DNA of 64,000 nt from a virus (taxonomy: Duplodnaviria; Caudoviricetes), in IMG/VR virus record IMGVR_UViG_3300006116_000001, positions 193 through 64,192 of that record; one strand, given 5' to 3'. Positions 1 to 9,017 of this stretch are shown here, in pieces (the first letter of the stretch is position 1; each line of letters starts with the position of its first letter). Under the pieces are notes generated by a model. That model made no database searches. It was not told where the DNA came from and was given only the letters and a program-made list of their open reading frames with translations. The position numbers and the translations under genes were made by a program.

Positions 1-1173
1 CTTGAAAGGAAATGTCTTTTCATAGGCCCGTTGAGAGAGCTTAATCTCTCCGCGGAAGTGGTAGCCACTTACTGAGATGGCTCGCTCATCCTTGCCAAGG
101 GCTGTTAGCCTTGACTCGATGGCCCTTGCCTTCAGGCCGCGGCGCGCGGCCTGTTGAAGCAAGATCTCGCCCGAGGCCTTGTCCTCAATAAAGGCGCCAA
201 GCGACCCATGCCTTGCTCGGCATGAGGCTGCGTAACCCTCAAGCTTCTCAAGGACCGTTGGCAGCCAAACCTCTAAAAGCGAGCCCTCGATTTGAACCAG
301 CTCATAGTCAAGGATGACCAAGGGATAACCCGTCGCCCTTGAGCGCGCCCAGTAGATGACGCCTGTGCCGTCGTTAGCCGAACCTGTCTTTGTGGCCGTG
401 TCTAGCGTACAAAATACCGCGTCACATAGGGTAGGGTCTTGGACGGGCTGACCGTTGACAAGGAGCTTGTCAAGGTCAAAGAAGGCAACCCCGCTCCAGT
501 CAATAAACTCTGCCTCGTACTCTTGCGCAAAGACGAGAGGATGGGTGTCTCGGCGAAGGCGCTCGATCTCTTCGGCAGGGAGGTAGGGGTTTTGGATTGA
601 TGGGGCGTGGTATTGGACAAAGCCATGCCGCTCTTTTGGATCAAGTTGATCCTCATTGCAGATGCGCCACATGAAGTTTTCAGGGTCAACCCCGTTGGTG
701 TTGCTTAACACCACGCAGCTGCCAAGGTAATCAAGCAGGGTAGGAAGGATTGACCTGGAGAAGGTGTCCTTCATGTCAGCCGTTGTAAAGGCGGCCTCGT
801 CGATTATGGCTAGGTGATATTTACGGGATCGTCCCGCTCGAGGGTTGTTTAGCGTCCAAAATTCAGCAGAGCCACCACCGTCTAGGCGAATCATGCCCTC
901 AGTCTTAGAGGAGGACTTTACGACAGGCTCGAGGGTGGTTAGGATCTCAGCATAGGCCTCGGATAAGATGCGATAGTCGGGAGCAAACCAAGCTACACGC
1001 TTGCCTTTAATCGTGGCGTCAGCTAGAAGCACCTTGCCAAGGTCGGTTTTACCCCAGCGTCTTCCGCAACGAATAGCTAGGAAGCGAGGACGGCGCCCGG
1101 TCGCGGGGTCCTTAACCTTGTAGGCTGCTATCTGCCCTGGGTGAAGGGTCGGTAGGTTTATCTCAATGTTCAC
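1..1173 (-). CDS. terL: Terminase large subunit, N-terminal 391 codons (runs off left edge; absent from ORF track)
   Basis: Hand translation from GTG at 1173 (overlaps terS stop): MNIEINLPTLHPGQ...AIRCGRRWGKT (Walker A), AIIDEAAF (Walker B), TLDTATKTG (nuclease Asp), LTALGKDERAISVSGY; frame open to base 1. Confidence 0.93.
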   Translation of the reverse strand, partial: MNIEINLPTLHPGQIAAYKVKDPATGRRPRFLAIRCGRRWGKTDLGKVLLADATIKGKRVAWFAPDYRILSEAYAEILTTLEPVVKSSSKTEGMIRLDGGGSAEFWTLNNPRAGRSRKYHLAIIDEAAFTTADMKDTFSRSILPTLLDYLGSCVVLSNTNGVDPENFMWRICNEDQLDPKERHGFVQYHAPSIQNPYLPAEEIERLRRDTHPLVFAQEYEAEFIDWSGVAFFDLDKLLVNGQPVQDPTLCDAVFCTLDTATKTGSANDGTGVIYWARSRATGYPLVILDYELVQIEGSLLEVWLPTVLEKLEGYAASCRARHGSLGAFIEDKASGEILLQQAARRGLKARAIESRLTALGKDERAISVSGYHFRGEIKLSQRAYEKTFPFK

Positions 1174-1610
1174 TCTGAGTCAGGAAGACCGCCAACAATG
1201 ACCACCTTTGTTGGTGAGTCGTCCTTTTCCTCTTTCTTTTCGCCCATCTTTGTGGGCATCATCTTACCAAGCGCCCACATCTTGGCGTGAAGCATAAGAC
1301 GGTCGCGAGCTACCGAAGTTCCGGAGTCCTCAAAGGCCTCTCCACGGTGTTTTCCTTCGGAAATGTCTTCCGCTTCTCGTACAGTATTCTCTACAATTCT
1401 TGCAATCGCAAGGGAATATCTGCTGAGAAGGGCTGTATCTTCCTCGTTTTCTTTGAACTTGTCGATGTAGTAAAGAACTAAAGCTCTGGGATAACCTATC
1501 TTTTGACAGGCCTTCTGTACCGAGATATTTTCGCTTTCTAAGACATCGGAAAGCATCGTGATAATCTCACGAGGCGTTCTAAGTTTATTTTCAAACTTAG
1601 CGCTTTCCAC
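1170..1610 (-). CDS. terS: Terminase small subunit
   Basis: Directly upstream of terL; C-terminal ARDRLMLHAKMWALGKMMPTKMG resembles the Sf6-type TerS motif (RL.ID.RKW...KL.P.KYG). Confidence 0.8.
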   Translation of the reverse strand: MESAKFENKLRTPREIITMLSDVLESENISVQKACQKIGYPRALVLYYIDKFKENEEDTALLSRYSLAIARIVENTVREAEDISEGKHRGEAFEDSGTSVARDRLMLHAKMWALGKMMPTKMGEKKEEKDDSPTKVVIVGGLPDSE

Positions 1611-1658
1611 TTTGGGCTCACTTGCTCTTTAGATTCACGTTACTTCTCGGGGTTGATA

Positions 1659-1753
1659 AAGGCCGCCCGCCTTCATCTGATGTTGCATAGTCCCTCGGCG
1701 GTTTAAGGCTAGGACTGCTCATGCAACCTAAGACTTCCTATGACGAAGTCTTA
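1659..1753 (-). promoter_or_regulatory. Structured leader of the late operon (three consecutive hairpins)
   Basis: TAAGACTTC/GAAGTCTTA (1729-1753); GTTGCAT-AGTCC...GGACT-ATGCAAC (1682-1727); AAGGC/GCCTT (1659-1673); lies between the NusG paralogue and terS. Confidence 0.5.
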
Positions 1754-1813
1754 TATAATCCACTTATATCTTAGTATGGCCTAGATGTAAACGACAGTAT
1801 GGCTTGGCTACTT

Positions 1814-2395
1814 TTAACCAAAAGCCCTTATAGGTTCTTCATACTCTACTGACTCATCTCGCACTAAGTCTACATTTCTGACGTTAACTTTTATGGCTCC
1901 ACCAGCCATGTCAGTCTCGATCCAATCATTGCCTAAATACAGGCCTTTAATTGAGACCTTACCACTAACGGCTAGCACCCTCTCACCAACAACTAGCCCC
2001 TTTGGCCTTTTCTTGTCCTTTTTCCTACCTCCCCACTCGCCAGCCCTTCTTTCTTCCTCAAACTTTAGTGGCTCAATCAGCTTGGCTATCTTTTCAATCT
2101 CACTTAACCCAATAAGCGCAGGAGCCCCGGCAAACGATACTATCTTTAGGACGTTCTCGACTATTTTAAGAAGGGTTATGTTTGGCGCTGACGTGACTTC
2201 AACAAACATATAGCCGTCAAGCACTGGTTTTCTAACTAAGACTAGCCGATCTCCCTTGATCCTTCTAACTCTTTTTTCAATAGAAAAGCTTGGGCAAACC
2301 GCCTCAAAGCCCTCCTCCCTTAGCCTTTCTAAGGCCTTATTTTCAGCACCACACTTTACCATAAGGATGTAGTAGGCGGATGCTTCGTCAATCAT
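1814..2395 (-). CDS. NusG/RfaH-family transcription antitermination paralogue
   Basis: NGN-domain pattern YYILMVKCGAENKALERLREEGFEAVCP...KPVLDGYMFVEV...VLKIVSFAGAPALI, followed by a KOW-like segment (GLVVGERVLAVSG). Confidence 0.82.
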   Translation of the reverse strand: MIDEASAYYILMVKCGAENKALERLREEGFEAVCPSFSIEKRVRRIKGDRLVLVRKPVLDGYMFVEVTSAPNITLLKIVENVLKIVSFAGAPALIGLSEIEKIAKLIEPLKFEEERRAGEWGGRKKDKKRPKGLVVGERVLAVSGKVSIKGLYLGNDWIETDMAGGAIKVNVRNVDLVRDESVEYEEPIRAFG

Positions 2396-2399
2396 GTAT

Positions 2400-3200
2400 A
2401 TCTCACCCGTAAAAGAGCTCTGATCTCACCAATACTACAAGAATTTGCCAACCCCGTAAAGATCAATAAGATACTAAGAATGAAGTGACCAAGCCATCTC
2501 CCTTTACTAACCCCACCCATTACCTTCCTGTGTCTGTCCCTAAACCTTCATAACTTTTACCCGTACTATCTTACCCAGTGGTCAGACTTATAAGCTCGGC
2601 AAACCCTAAGTGGTTGATTTGATTGGTCAATTAAACTCTAACTGGTTATTATATTATATTTAGAATAATATATACAGACTAGTTATGTACTTGATTACAT
2701 TATACATTTTATCGTGTAGTCTGACCACTGAGTAGAAAGACACACTTTTACCTCCCACCATCAAAAATAATAATAATTATTCTTTCCCCTATAGACTTTA
2801 ATAGGAATAATAACTATTATAATTATCTCCCAGAGTACATTTTACTCTACTCAACAGACACACACCCTGAAAAGGTTTTTTGACTAATAAAATCAATCAC
2901 TTAGGGCTTTGTCTTAATACCAAAAGTGACCCAGAAAGTGCCCCATAGGTCCGGCTATAGGGCCAATTTTGGCTCAAATATCAAGCTTGGCATTTTACCT
3001 AGCTACTTCTAACAAGCACTTTTACCAAGCCTATCCAAGCCATGCCAAGCTTATTAGGCTAGGTTAAACCAAGCTATAAAATAACTATAATAAAACCGAT
3101 GGCTTGGTTAAATTTAATCTAACATATACGGTCCACAAGACTTAGATTATTATAATTAAACGCACAAAACACTGGTAAAACCTAGTAAAAAGGACCCTCA
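2400..3200. promoter_or_regulatory. AT-rich non-coding control region with inverted repeats (divergent promoters and/or origin)
   Basis: No ORF of 60 aa or more; strongly AT-rich; several imperfect inverted repeats and phased CCAAGC hexamers. Confidence 0.55.
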
Positions 3201-3202
3201 AG

Positions 3203-3550
3203 ATGAAGCCTGACGTACTCTCACAGATCCCTTCCTTGCGTGTAGAGGAAGGCATAATAGAGGAGGCTGACATGGCCGTCTTTGTAAAAACAGCAGATGG
3301 TCAGAAAGTCTGCTCAATAGCCTTGGATGGTTATGACTCTACGTCCGCTGAACAGGTCGCAGCCTGCATCTCAAGGATACCTCTTATGCTTGCCCTTATA
3401 CAGGAGCTAAGGGACCTTGGCGGCGGCTACGACGAAAGAAACAGGCCATTTGGCCGAAGGGCGCCCGTAGCCTATGTTCTTTCTAACGCAAACGCCCTAC
3501 TAAAGGACCTAGAGCCCATCTCTAGCCTGCTCAAGCCACCATCAATGTAA
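3203..3550 (+). CDS. Hypothetical protein
   Basis: 115-aa ORF with AAGGA RBS upstream. Confidence 0.6.
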   Translation: MKPDVLSQIPSLRVEEGIIEEADMAVFVKTADGQKVCSIALDGYDSTSAEQVAACISRIPLMLALIQELRDLGGGYDERNRPFGRRAPVAYVLSNANALLKDLEPISSLLKPPSM

Positions 3551-3565
3551 GGACCCAACCCTCCC

Positions 3566-3844
3566 ATGCCCCTAGTCCAATACTCCCACCCGTCACGCTC
3601 TATCAACGTGACCAAGGTTATTCAAACCCCAAAGGCGGTTACAGCCCTCTCTTCTTGGGTCCTTGCTGCCCGCAAGGTCATCCCCATCATCCCAAGGTTT
3701 ATGGCAAACAACGACGAGTGGGCCATTAGGAACCATATCCTAACGGAGCAGTCCATCATCTTTGAGGTCTACAACAAGAAGACCTACGACAAGTTTGCGC
3801 TTGTCTTTGACCGCAAGCGGGACACCGTTGGCGTCAAGGCCTAA
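3566..3844 (+). CDS. Hypothetical protein
   Basis: 92-aa ORF with AAGGA RBS; converges on the primase gene. Confidence 0.6.
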   Translation: MPLVQYSHPSRSINVTKVIQTPKAVTALSSWVLAARKVIPIIPRFMANNDEWAIRNHILTEQSIIFEVYNKKTYDKFALVFDRKRDTVGVKA

Positions 3845-6090
3845 AACGGCACGTCATCCTCAGCCGTCCCCTTGACCGTTACCGCCGTCAGAAGGTCACT
3901 AGGGTCGTCCTTTCCCCAGTCAAGGGTGACCCCTAGCGCCTCAGCGTAGCTCTTACGGCAGTCGTCAAGTGGGGGCAGGCGGTACCCCCAGGGACGGTTT
4001 GTCGTGGTAACCCCGTACTCGTCTTGGCTTTTTACCGTGATCCTCACCCTTTTCAGCATCTGGTTTGGCATCATGGCCGCCAGCTCTTTGCCAAACCACA
4101 CGTCATTTCTTGGCCTTACGACCCGCCACTTTGTCGCGATGTTGATGTAGTACTCCCAAAGCTTCCTGGAGTCTACCTCGGTCTCCCACCGGCCTGTCCC
4201 AGGCCAAATCTCCCCGTACACCAGCCGCTCGTACCAGAACCGCTGCACTGAGTCAAGGCTGTGCTCCTTCTGCTCGTTAAGCGCCCCAGTCCTTGGGATT
4301 ACCGACGGGTCCGTCGTTGAGAGGTCAAAGCGCTGCAGGTGGTGCATGAGGCCGCCGTAGCCCCCGTCCATCATCTGACGCCGCATCTCAGCAAAGAATG
4401 ACTGGTTCTGCATCTTGTCGTCGCCGCAGTCAAGGACGGCAAACCGCCGCTCCTCGCTGGCTGTCGGCACCACCCACTCAGCGTTGCTGGTGATCATCAG
4501 CCGTATGTAGTTGTTGATCTCAAAGCTGTCCTTGCCCTTAGGCTCAATCCGGTTTGTTGGTGACGTTACCAGCCCTTTAAGGCGGCCAACGTGTCTAGGG
4601 TCTCCCGCAAAGAACCCCTCATCTGCCTGCAGCAGCAGCGCCTGGCTCATGTGGCTGTTAAACTGGCCGGTGACGTACCTAGGGTCGTCAACCAGCACGT
4701 AGTGGTCCCTTATCAAGGCGCCGAAGTGCTGGCCCACCACGGTCTTTCCTGTCCCTTGCTTTCCTCTTATGGCAAGGCTGGTGCCAACCTTAGAGGCAGG
4801 GTGCTGGATGATGCTGGCAAACCAAGCCACCACCCACCGGTATAGGCTCTCGTCACCCTTTGCCACGTTGGTCCGTAGGTGCTCCTCTAGCAGCGACCAG
4901 TCGCCTGTTGGGTCAGGCTCGTACGTAAAGCCTCTCCAAAGGTTGTACGAGCTTTTCGTGTCTTTCTCGGGCTCAAACACCACGTTCTCGTAGGACCTCC
5001 GCTGTGGGTGGCCCATCCAGTAGTCGATGATGTTGATTTCTTTACGGCCACTCACCACCGTCCGGTTGGCAAAAAACGACGTCATGTCAAAGCGGCTTGA
5101 GTAGGTAGGCACTATCTTTCTATGGAGCTCGTCGTACTTCTCCCATATGATCACGGTCTTCCCGCCAAGCATGGTCACCGCCATCTTGGCGTTTAGCTCC
5201 TCAATGATGGCGTCGGTCCCGCTTCTAAACTCGACTGCCCTTCCTAGCAAGGCCTTGACGTCCACCCCCTTAGGTGGCTCGTCCGCGAGGTCCCAGGCCT
5301 TTGGCAGGACGGGCTCACCCCTATCGTCTATTGGCAGCTGAACAACCTTGGCTACTACCCCCAGGCTGTAAAGCACCTCCCCGATCGCCATGGCCGCCTT
5401 TAGCCCAGGCTTGTCGGCGTCGGGCCATATCGTCACGTCCCGGCCCTTAAGGTCTTCCCAGCAGGCTTTTTCAGTGGCGCCTGAGCCTCCTGGCCACGTC
5501 ATCACAAGGTTGTCAGGGAAGATCAGCCTGGCGGCCTCTGCCGTCTTCTCGCCCTCAACGATAAGGACCGGCTTGCCCTTCCAGTCAGGGTCATCTAGGA
5601 GGTGGGCGCCATAAAGCGGCCTTGGCTCAGGGAACGCGCGCCACCCCCACCTTCCCTTGTTTTCCTTGGCGTTGACCTGCCAGGTGAGGGGAAGGGTTAC
5701 CTTGCCACCTCCCGGCTCATTAAAGCGGTAGACCCATCCTACGGTCTCACCAGCCCGGTTCTTGTACTCCCACCGAGCGGCCTCTTTGCCGTGCTGGGGA
5801 TGGGTTATGTTGGGCTTGCTTTTGGCCACAAGCGGTGGGACGACCTTGACCGTCTTCCAGTCCTTGCCGGCGCCATCTCCCTCCCAAAGCCCTCTTGCCT
5901 TTAAGGCAGCTAGGACGGCCTCCTTGCTGCAACCCACGTGGCAGTGGAAAAGGACCTTGCCTGAGCTGTTTAAGGATAGGGAAAGGCTTGGGGTGGTGTC
6001 GTTGTGCGCGGGGCAAAGCGCCGAGTATGAGTCGCCACGTTTTACCTCCTTTCCATTTGAAAGGGCGTAGGCTAGGTCAGCTAGGTTCAT
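3841..6090 (-). CDS. DNA primase-helicase (Zn-binding + TOPRIM + SF3-like/DUF5906-type helicase)
   Basis: CPAHND...FHCHVGC zinc motif; VLIVEGEKTAEA and WPDADKPG TOPRIM motifs; GKQGTGKT Walker A; LLQADEG Walker B. Confidence 0.88.
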   Translation of the reverse strand: MNLADLAYALSNGKEVKRGDSYSALCPAHNDTTPSLSLSLNSSGKVLFHCHVGCSKEAVLAALKARGLWEGDGAGKDWKTVKVVPPLVAKSKPNITHPQHGKEAARWEYKNRAGETVGWVYRFNEPGGGKVTLPLTWQVNAKENKGRWGWRAFPEPRPLYGAHLLDDPDWKGKPVLIVEGEKTAEAARLIFPDNLVMTWPGGSGATEKACWEDLKGRDVTIWPDADKPGLKAAMAIGEVLYSLGVVAKVVQLPIDDRGEPVLPKAWDLADEPPKGVDVKALLGRAVEFRSGTDAIIEELNAKMAVTMLGGKTVIIWEKYDELHRKIVPTYSSRFDMTSFFANRTVVSGRKEINIIDYWMGHPQRRSYENVVFEPEKDTKSSYNLWRGFTYEPDPTGDWSLLEEHLRTNVAKGDESLYRWVVAWFASIIQHPASKVGTSLAIRGKQGTGKTVVGQHFGALIRDHYVLVDDPRYVTGQFNSHMSQALLLQADEGFFAGDPRHVGRLKGLVTSPTNRIEPKGKDSFEINNYIRLMITSNAEWVVPTASEERRFAVLDCGDDKMQNQSFFAEMRRQMMDGGYGGLMHHLQRFDLSTTDPSVIPRTGALNEQKEHSLDSVQRFWYERLVYGEIWPGTGRWETEVDSRKLWEYYINIATKWRVVRPRNDVWFGKELAAMMPNQMLKRVRITVKSQDEYGVTTTNRPWGYRLPPLDDCRKSYAEALGVTLDWGKDDPSDLLTAVTVKGTAEDDVPF

Positions 6091-6177
6091 GTGTCATCTC
6101 ATTACCTCAACGTTTTCAATAATCCCCTATCGTTGGTCCCTTTAAGGCCAACTAGGGATCGTCAGGCTTGAGATGAC

Positions 6178-6885
6178 CTAGGTTTCTTCCTTTCTTTCTA
6201 CCTCTTTCTTCGTTGGGTAGGTCGCTACCCCCATGTCAGCAAAAGTTGGCATGTAGTACAGCACCACCCTCAAGGGGTCTTGCTTTGTCTTTAGCTTTCC
6301 CGTAGCGACCAGCCTTCTCGCAAAAGACCCCAGCGTCTCCTCAGTGTATGCCGTGGTCTCCTCAAGCGCTAGGTTCTCAGCGATGATCTTTGCCTGCCTT
6401 GGCAGCTGCGCCACGAGGCTCATGATCATGGGGTCCTTCAAAAGGTCCACCCTGACCCGGTACTTGTCCTTCTCTTCACCCGCCGCCTTTGAGGCTGCCT
6501 CGTTGACGACCTTGTCGCCATTGGCTTGGCACCAGGCCCAAAGCAGCCTTGATAGCTCCATGGGCGCCTTCCCCTTGGCCTCTATCCCTACCCTCTCACA
6601 AACTTGAGCAAGCTTTGGCCCGGTAAACTTGGCGGCAAACTGCTCTGGCTTGACAAACACAGCGTACATGTACGTCTGCCAGTTGTACCTTCTTCCAACC
6701 TCCTCAAGGGTCTTAAAGAGCCTGGTTGAAAGCGTCTCGTGAAAGAACACCACGACCCAGCTGCCCTCCTCACGATGCTCGTAAGGCTGATAGAGGTCCA
6801 CTTTGGCAAGGTGGGTGTAGGCGTCCTTCATGGCGTCGTATGGCGGCTTGGCGCCCTCACGAGCCCCAACTTGAGCGGTAGCCAT
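6178..6885 (-). CDS. Hypothetical protein with C-terminal putative winged-helix domain (paralogue 1 of 3)
   Basis: 235-aa ORF; C-terminal KTKQDPLRVVLYY...ADMGV aligns by eye with ORFs at 7144 and 8117. Confidence 0.6.
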   Translation of the reverse strand: MATAQVGAREGAKPPYDAMKDAYTHLAKVDLYQPYEHREEGSWVVVFFHETLSTRLFKTLEEVGRRYNWQTYMYAVFVKPEQFAAKFTGPKLAQVCERVGIEAKGKAPMELSRLLWAWCQANGDKVVNEAASKAAGEEKDKYRVRVDLLKDPMIMSLVAQLPRQAKIIAENLALEETTAYTEETLGSFARRLVATGKLKTKQDPLRVVLYYMPTFADMGVATYPTKKEVERKEET

Positions 6886-7070
6886 GGTAGTCCCCCTTTA
6901 ACCACCGGAGCCTTCACCAAAACGGGCAGTTGGGCTCATATAAACGGGTGGCTTAGATTGATGCGTTTGAATAGTGGTTATATGTCTAGCGCTTAAGGCA
7001 CTTGACGTAAACGGGTACATGTACCCGGTAGGCAAGGCCAATTTTTTTCAAGAAAAATGATCAGCAAGGG

Positions 7071-7108
7071 TGTACATGGCGATGGCTCCACCATATAAAG
7101 AATCATCA
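7071..7108 (+). promoter_or_regulatory. Sigma70-like early promoter (copy 1)
   Basis: TGTACA-N17-TATAAAGAATCATCA with upstream A/T tracts; near-identical motif at 8964-9001. Confidence 0.55.
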
Positions 7109-7143
7109 CGCGGCCATCAACCGCAGAGCATCGGAGCAAGACA

Positions 7144-7707
7144 ATGACCCAGTACAGCGAGATGACCAAGAAGGAGCTTCTGGCGGTCGCCAAGGACCTC
7201 GAGATCCAAGGCCGCCACGACATGACCAAGGAAGAGCTGCTCGAGGCCATCCTTGAGGAAGACCCCCAGGATGACGAGGACGGCGAGGAGGACGCGGTCG
7301 AGGTCGCCGACAAGGAGACCCTCGTCGAGATGAAGCGCCGCCGGCCCTCCAATGCCGAGCGAGACGAGAACGGCCGAGTGATCCGCAAGGACCGCAACCT
7401 CTCAGGAAACCTCCCCTTCGAGCCCAAGCTCTATGCCCTCTCCTCCTCCGTCGCCAACGAGCGGCGCTGGACCGAGGAGTATAAGGCGGCCCTGGCCGCC
7501 GCGCCCGGGCAGGTTAAGCTGATCCTCAAGGCCATGCGCCACGAGGGCATCGTGGGCGAGGACGGCCTGCGTGGCGGCGAGATCGTGGAGCTAGCCATTG
7601 CCAAGGGCTATATCTCCACCAAGATTGACCCGCCTGCCCTCTGGGCCTACTACCGCCGCCTCCTCGAGGCGCTGGGCGTGGTTCACATCAACGATGGGGA
7701 GGGGTGA
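7144..7707 (+). CDS. Rho-N-like domain + acidic linker + putative winged-helix domain (paralogue 2 of 3)
   Basis: N-terminus YSEMTKKELLAVAKDLEIQGRHDMTKEELLEAI matches the Rho N-terminal helical motif; C-terminus STKIDPPALWAYYRRLLEALGV. Confidence 0.7.
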   Translation: MTQYSEMTKKELLAVAKDLEIQGRHDMTKEELLEAILEEDPQDDEDGEEDAVEVADKETLVEMKRRRPSNAERDENGRVIRKDRNLSGNLPFEPKLYALSSSVANERRWTEEYKAALAAAPGQVKLILKAMRHEGIVGEDGLRGGEIVELAIAKGYISTKIDPPALWAYYRRLLEALGVVHINDGEG

Positions 7708-7973
7708 TGGCCACCCATAAAAGAAACTCCCTAGCAAATAGGGAGGACCCAAGGCTAGGCAAGCCTGAGGACGCCGAGCTTTACCTGAAAGGGCTTCCAA
7801 AAGCCCTTTCTCACTATCTTAAGTACGAGTCACCAATCTTTTGGTCGCCTAGGTCCGTCTACAATATCTATAGAAAGCACGGCGCCGAGGCCACCCTATA
7901 CCACCTAAGGACTATAAACCGTATGGACGCCATAAGGGTTTACGGGCCGGATTACCCTATACCACCTCTATGA
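7704..7973 (+). CDS. Hypothetical protein
   Basis: 89-aa ORF coupled to the upstream stop. Confidence 0.55.
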   Translation: MMATHKRNSLANREDPRLGKPEDAELYLKGLPKALSHYLKYESPIFWSPRSVYNIYRKHGAEATLYHLRTINRMDAIRVYGPDYPIPPL

Positions 7974-8116
7974 GACTTAACCCAAAAACTAGCCAAGCTT
8001 AACCTCCCATTTTATGGGTTTACGTGGCAGTGGTTCTTATCTATCTCTATATTACTAGAAACTGATAACTCCCCTTTTGATCGTAGGGGTCCCATTAAAC
8101 CAAGGAGAAGAGCAGC

Positions 8117-8506
8117 ATGAAGATCGAGCTTAAGGTCGTCCGAGAGCCGACCAAGGAAGACAAGCTGGCGCCCCAAGCCGCGGTCGTCGTCAAGACCATC
8201 GTCGGCAAGGTCGGCCTCAACGCGTTCATCGACCAGGGCGAGGTGATTGCCGAGCTTGAGGCCAACGAGGAGGCTGGCGTTGAGGGCCTTACCCTTAACA
8301 CCCGTCAACCGCCCTCGCGGATCCTTTCATTCTACAAGAAGCCGCTGATCGACGCCGGCATCATCGAGGTCCAAAAGACCATCGAGGTCAAAGAAAAGGC
8401 TGAGGGCCATGAAGATGCCGAGCCCAAGGCCAAAAAGCCTCGTAAGGCCAAGGCGGCTGAAGAGACCGCCTCTGAAGGTCACAACGTCGAGGCCGCTGCG
8501 GCTTAA
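8117..8506 (+). CDS. Putative winged-helix protein with Lys/Ala-rich tail (paralogue 3 of 3)
   Basis: AGGAG RBS; NTRQPPSRILSFYKKPLIDAGII motif; tail KAKKPRKAKAA. Confidence 0.7.
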   Translation: MKIELKVVREPTKEDKLAPQAAVVVKTIVGKVGLNAFIDQGEVIAELEANEEAGVEGLTLNTRQPPSRILSFYKKPLIDAGIIEVQKTIEVKEKAEGHEDAEPKAKKPRKAKAAEETASEGHNVEAAAA

Positions 8507-8552
8507 GACTATTGGTCACCTTGGGTTTAACCTAAGGTAACCGGTGACGAGT

Positions 8553-8582
8553 GGCCCCCTCTACGTTGGGGTGGAGGGGGCC
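8553..8582 (+). terminator. GC-rich hairpin, probable intrinsic terminator
   Basis: GGCCCCCTCTAC...GTGGAGGGGGCC stem followed by a T-rich stretch, downstream of 8117..8506. Confidence 0.5.
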
Positions 8583-8813
8583 GCTTTAGTATCTAATTTC
8601 CTCTTAAACCTTGGCCAATCTAGCCAAGCCAATAGGGGGTTATCGATGATAACCCCATGGGATACCATCTATATGGTCCCTCAAGCCACGACGTCTGGCG
8701 ATTATGGGATTTCCGGCAAGGCCTATTAGCCTTGACCCACGGCCATGGGCCCAGGCTTTAGAAAATGACGCGCTCCGTCTGCCTGGGGGTAACGAGGAGT
8801 GATGCCCTCCCCA

Positions 8814-8906
8814 TGAGCCACTCCCGTGGCCAAGTGAGCCACTCCCGTGGCCAAGTGAGCCACTCCCGTGGCCAAGTGAGCCACTCCCGTGGCCAAGTGA
8901 GCCACT
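8814..8906. repeat. Perfect 21-bp tandem repeat, 4 copies plus 9 bp (iteron-like)
   Basis: TGAGCCACTCCCGTGGCCAAG at 8814, 8835, 8856 and 8877, partial copy at 8898. Confidence 0.97.
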
Positions 8907-8963
8907 AGCCCTTTCCTACTTGGCCGCTAGCGTGGTAAAATAAGCCATTTTCAAAAATAAATA

Positions 8964-9001
8964 TGTATGAACCCGTGGTTTGGGCCTATAAAGGATCATC
9001 A
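8964..9001 (+). promoter_or_regulatory. Sigma70-like early promoter (copy 2)
   Basis: TGTATG-N17-TATAAAGGATCATCA preceded by an A tract; same architecture as 7071-7108. Confidence 0.55.
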
Positions 9002-9017
9002 ACCACGGAGAACTTAG

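Noticed and set aside
8814-8906. Possible CRISPR array
   Set aside because: Units are directly adjacent with no spacers, and there are no cas genes
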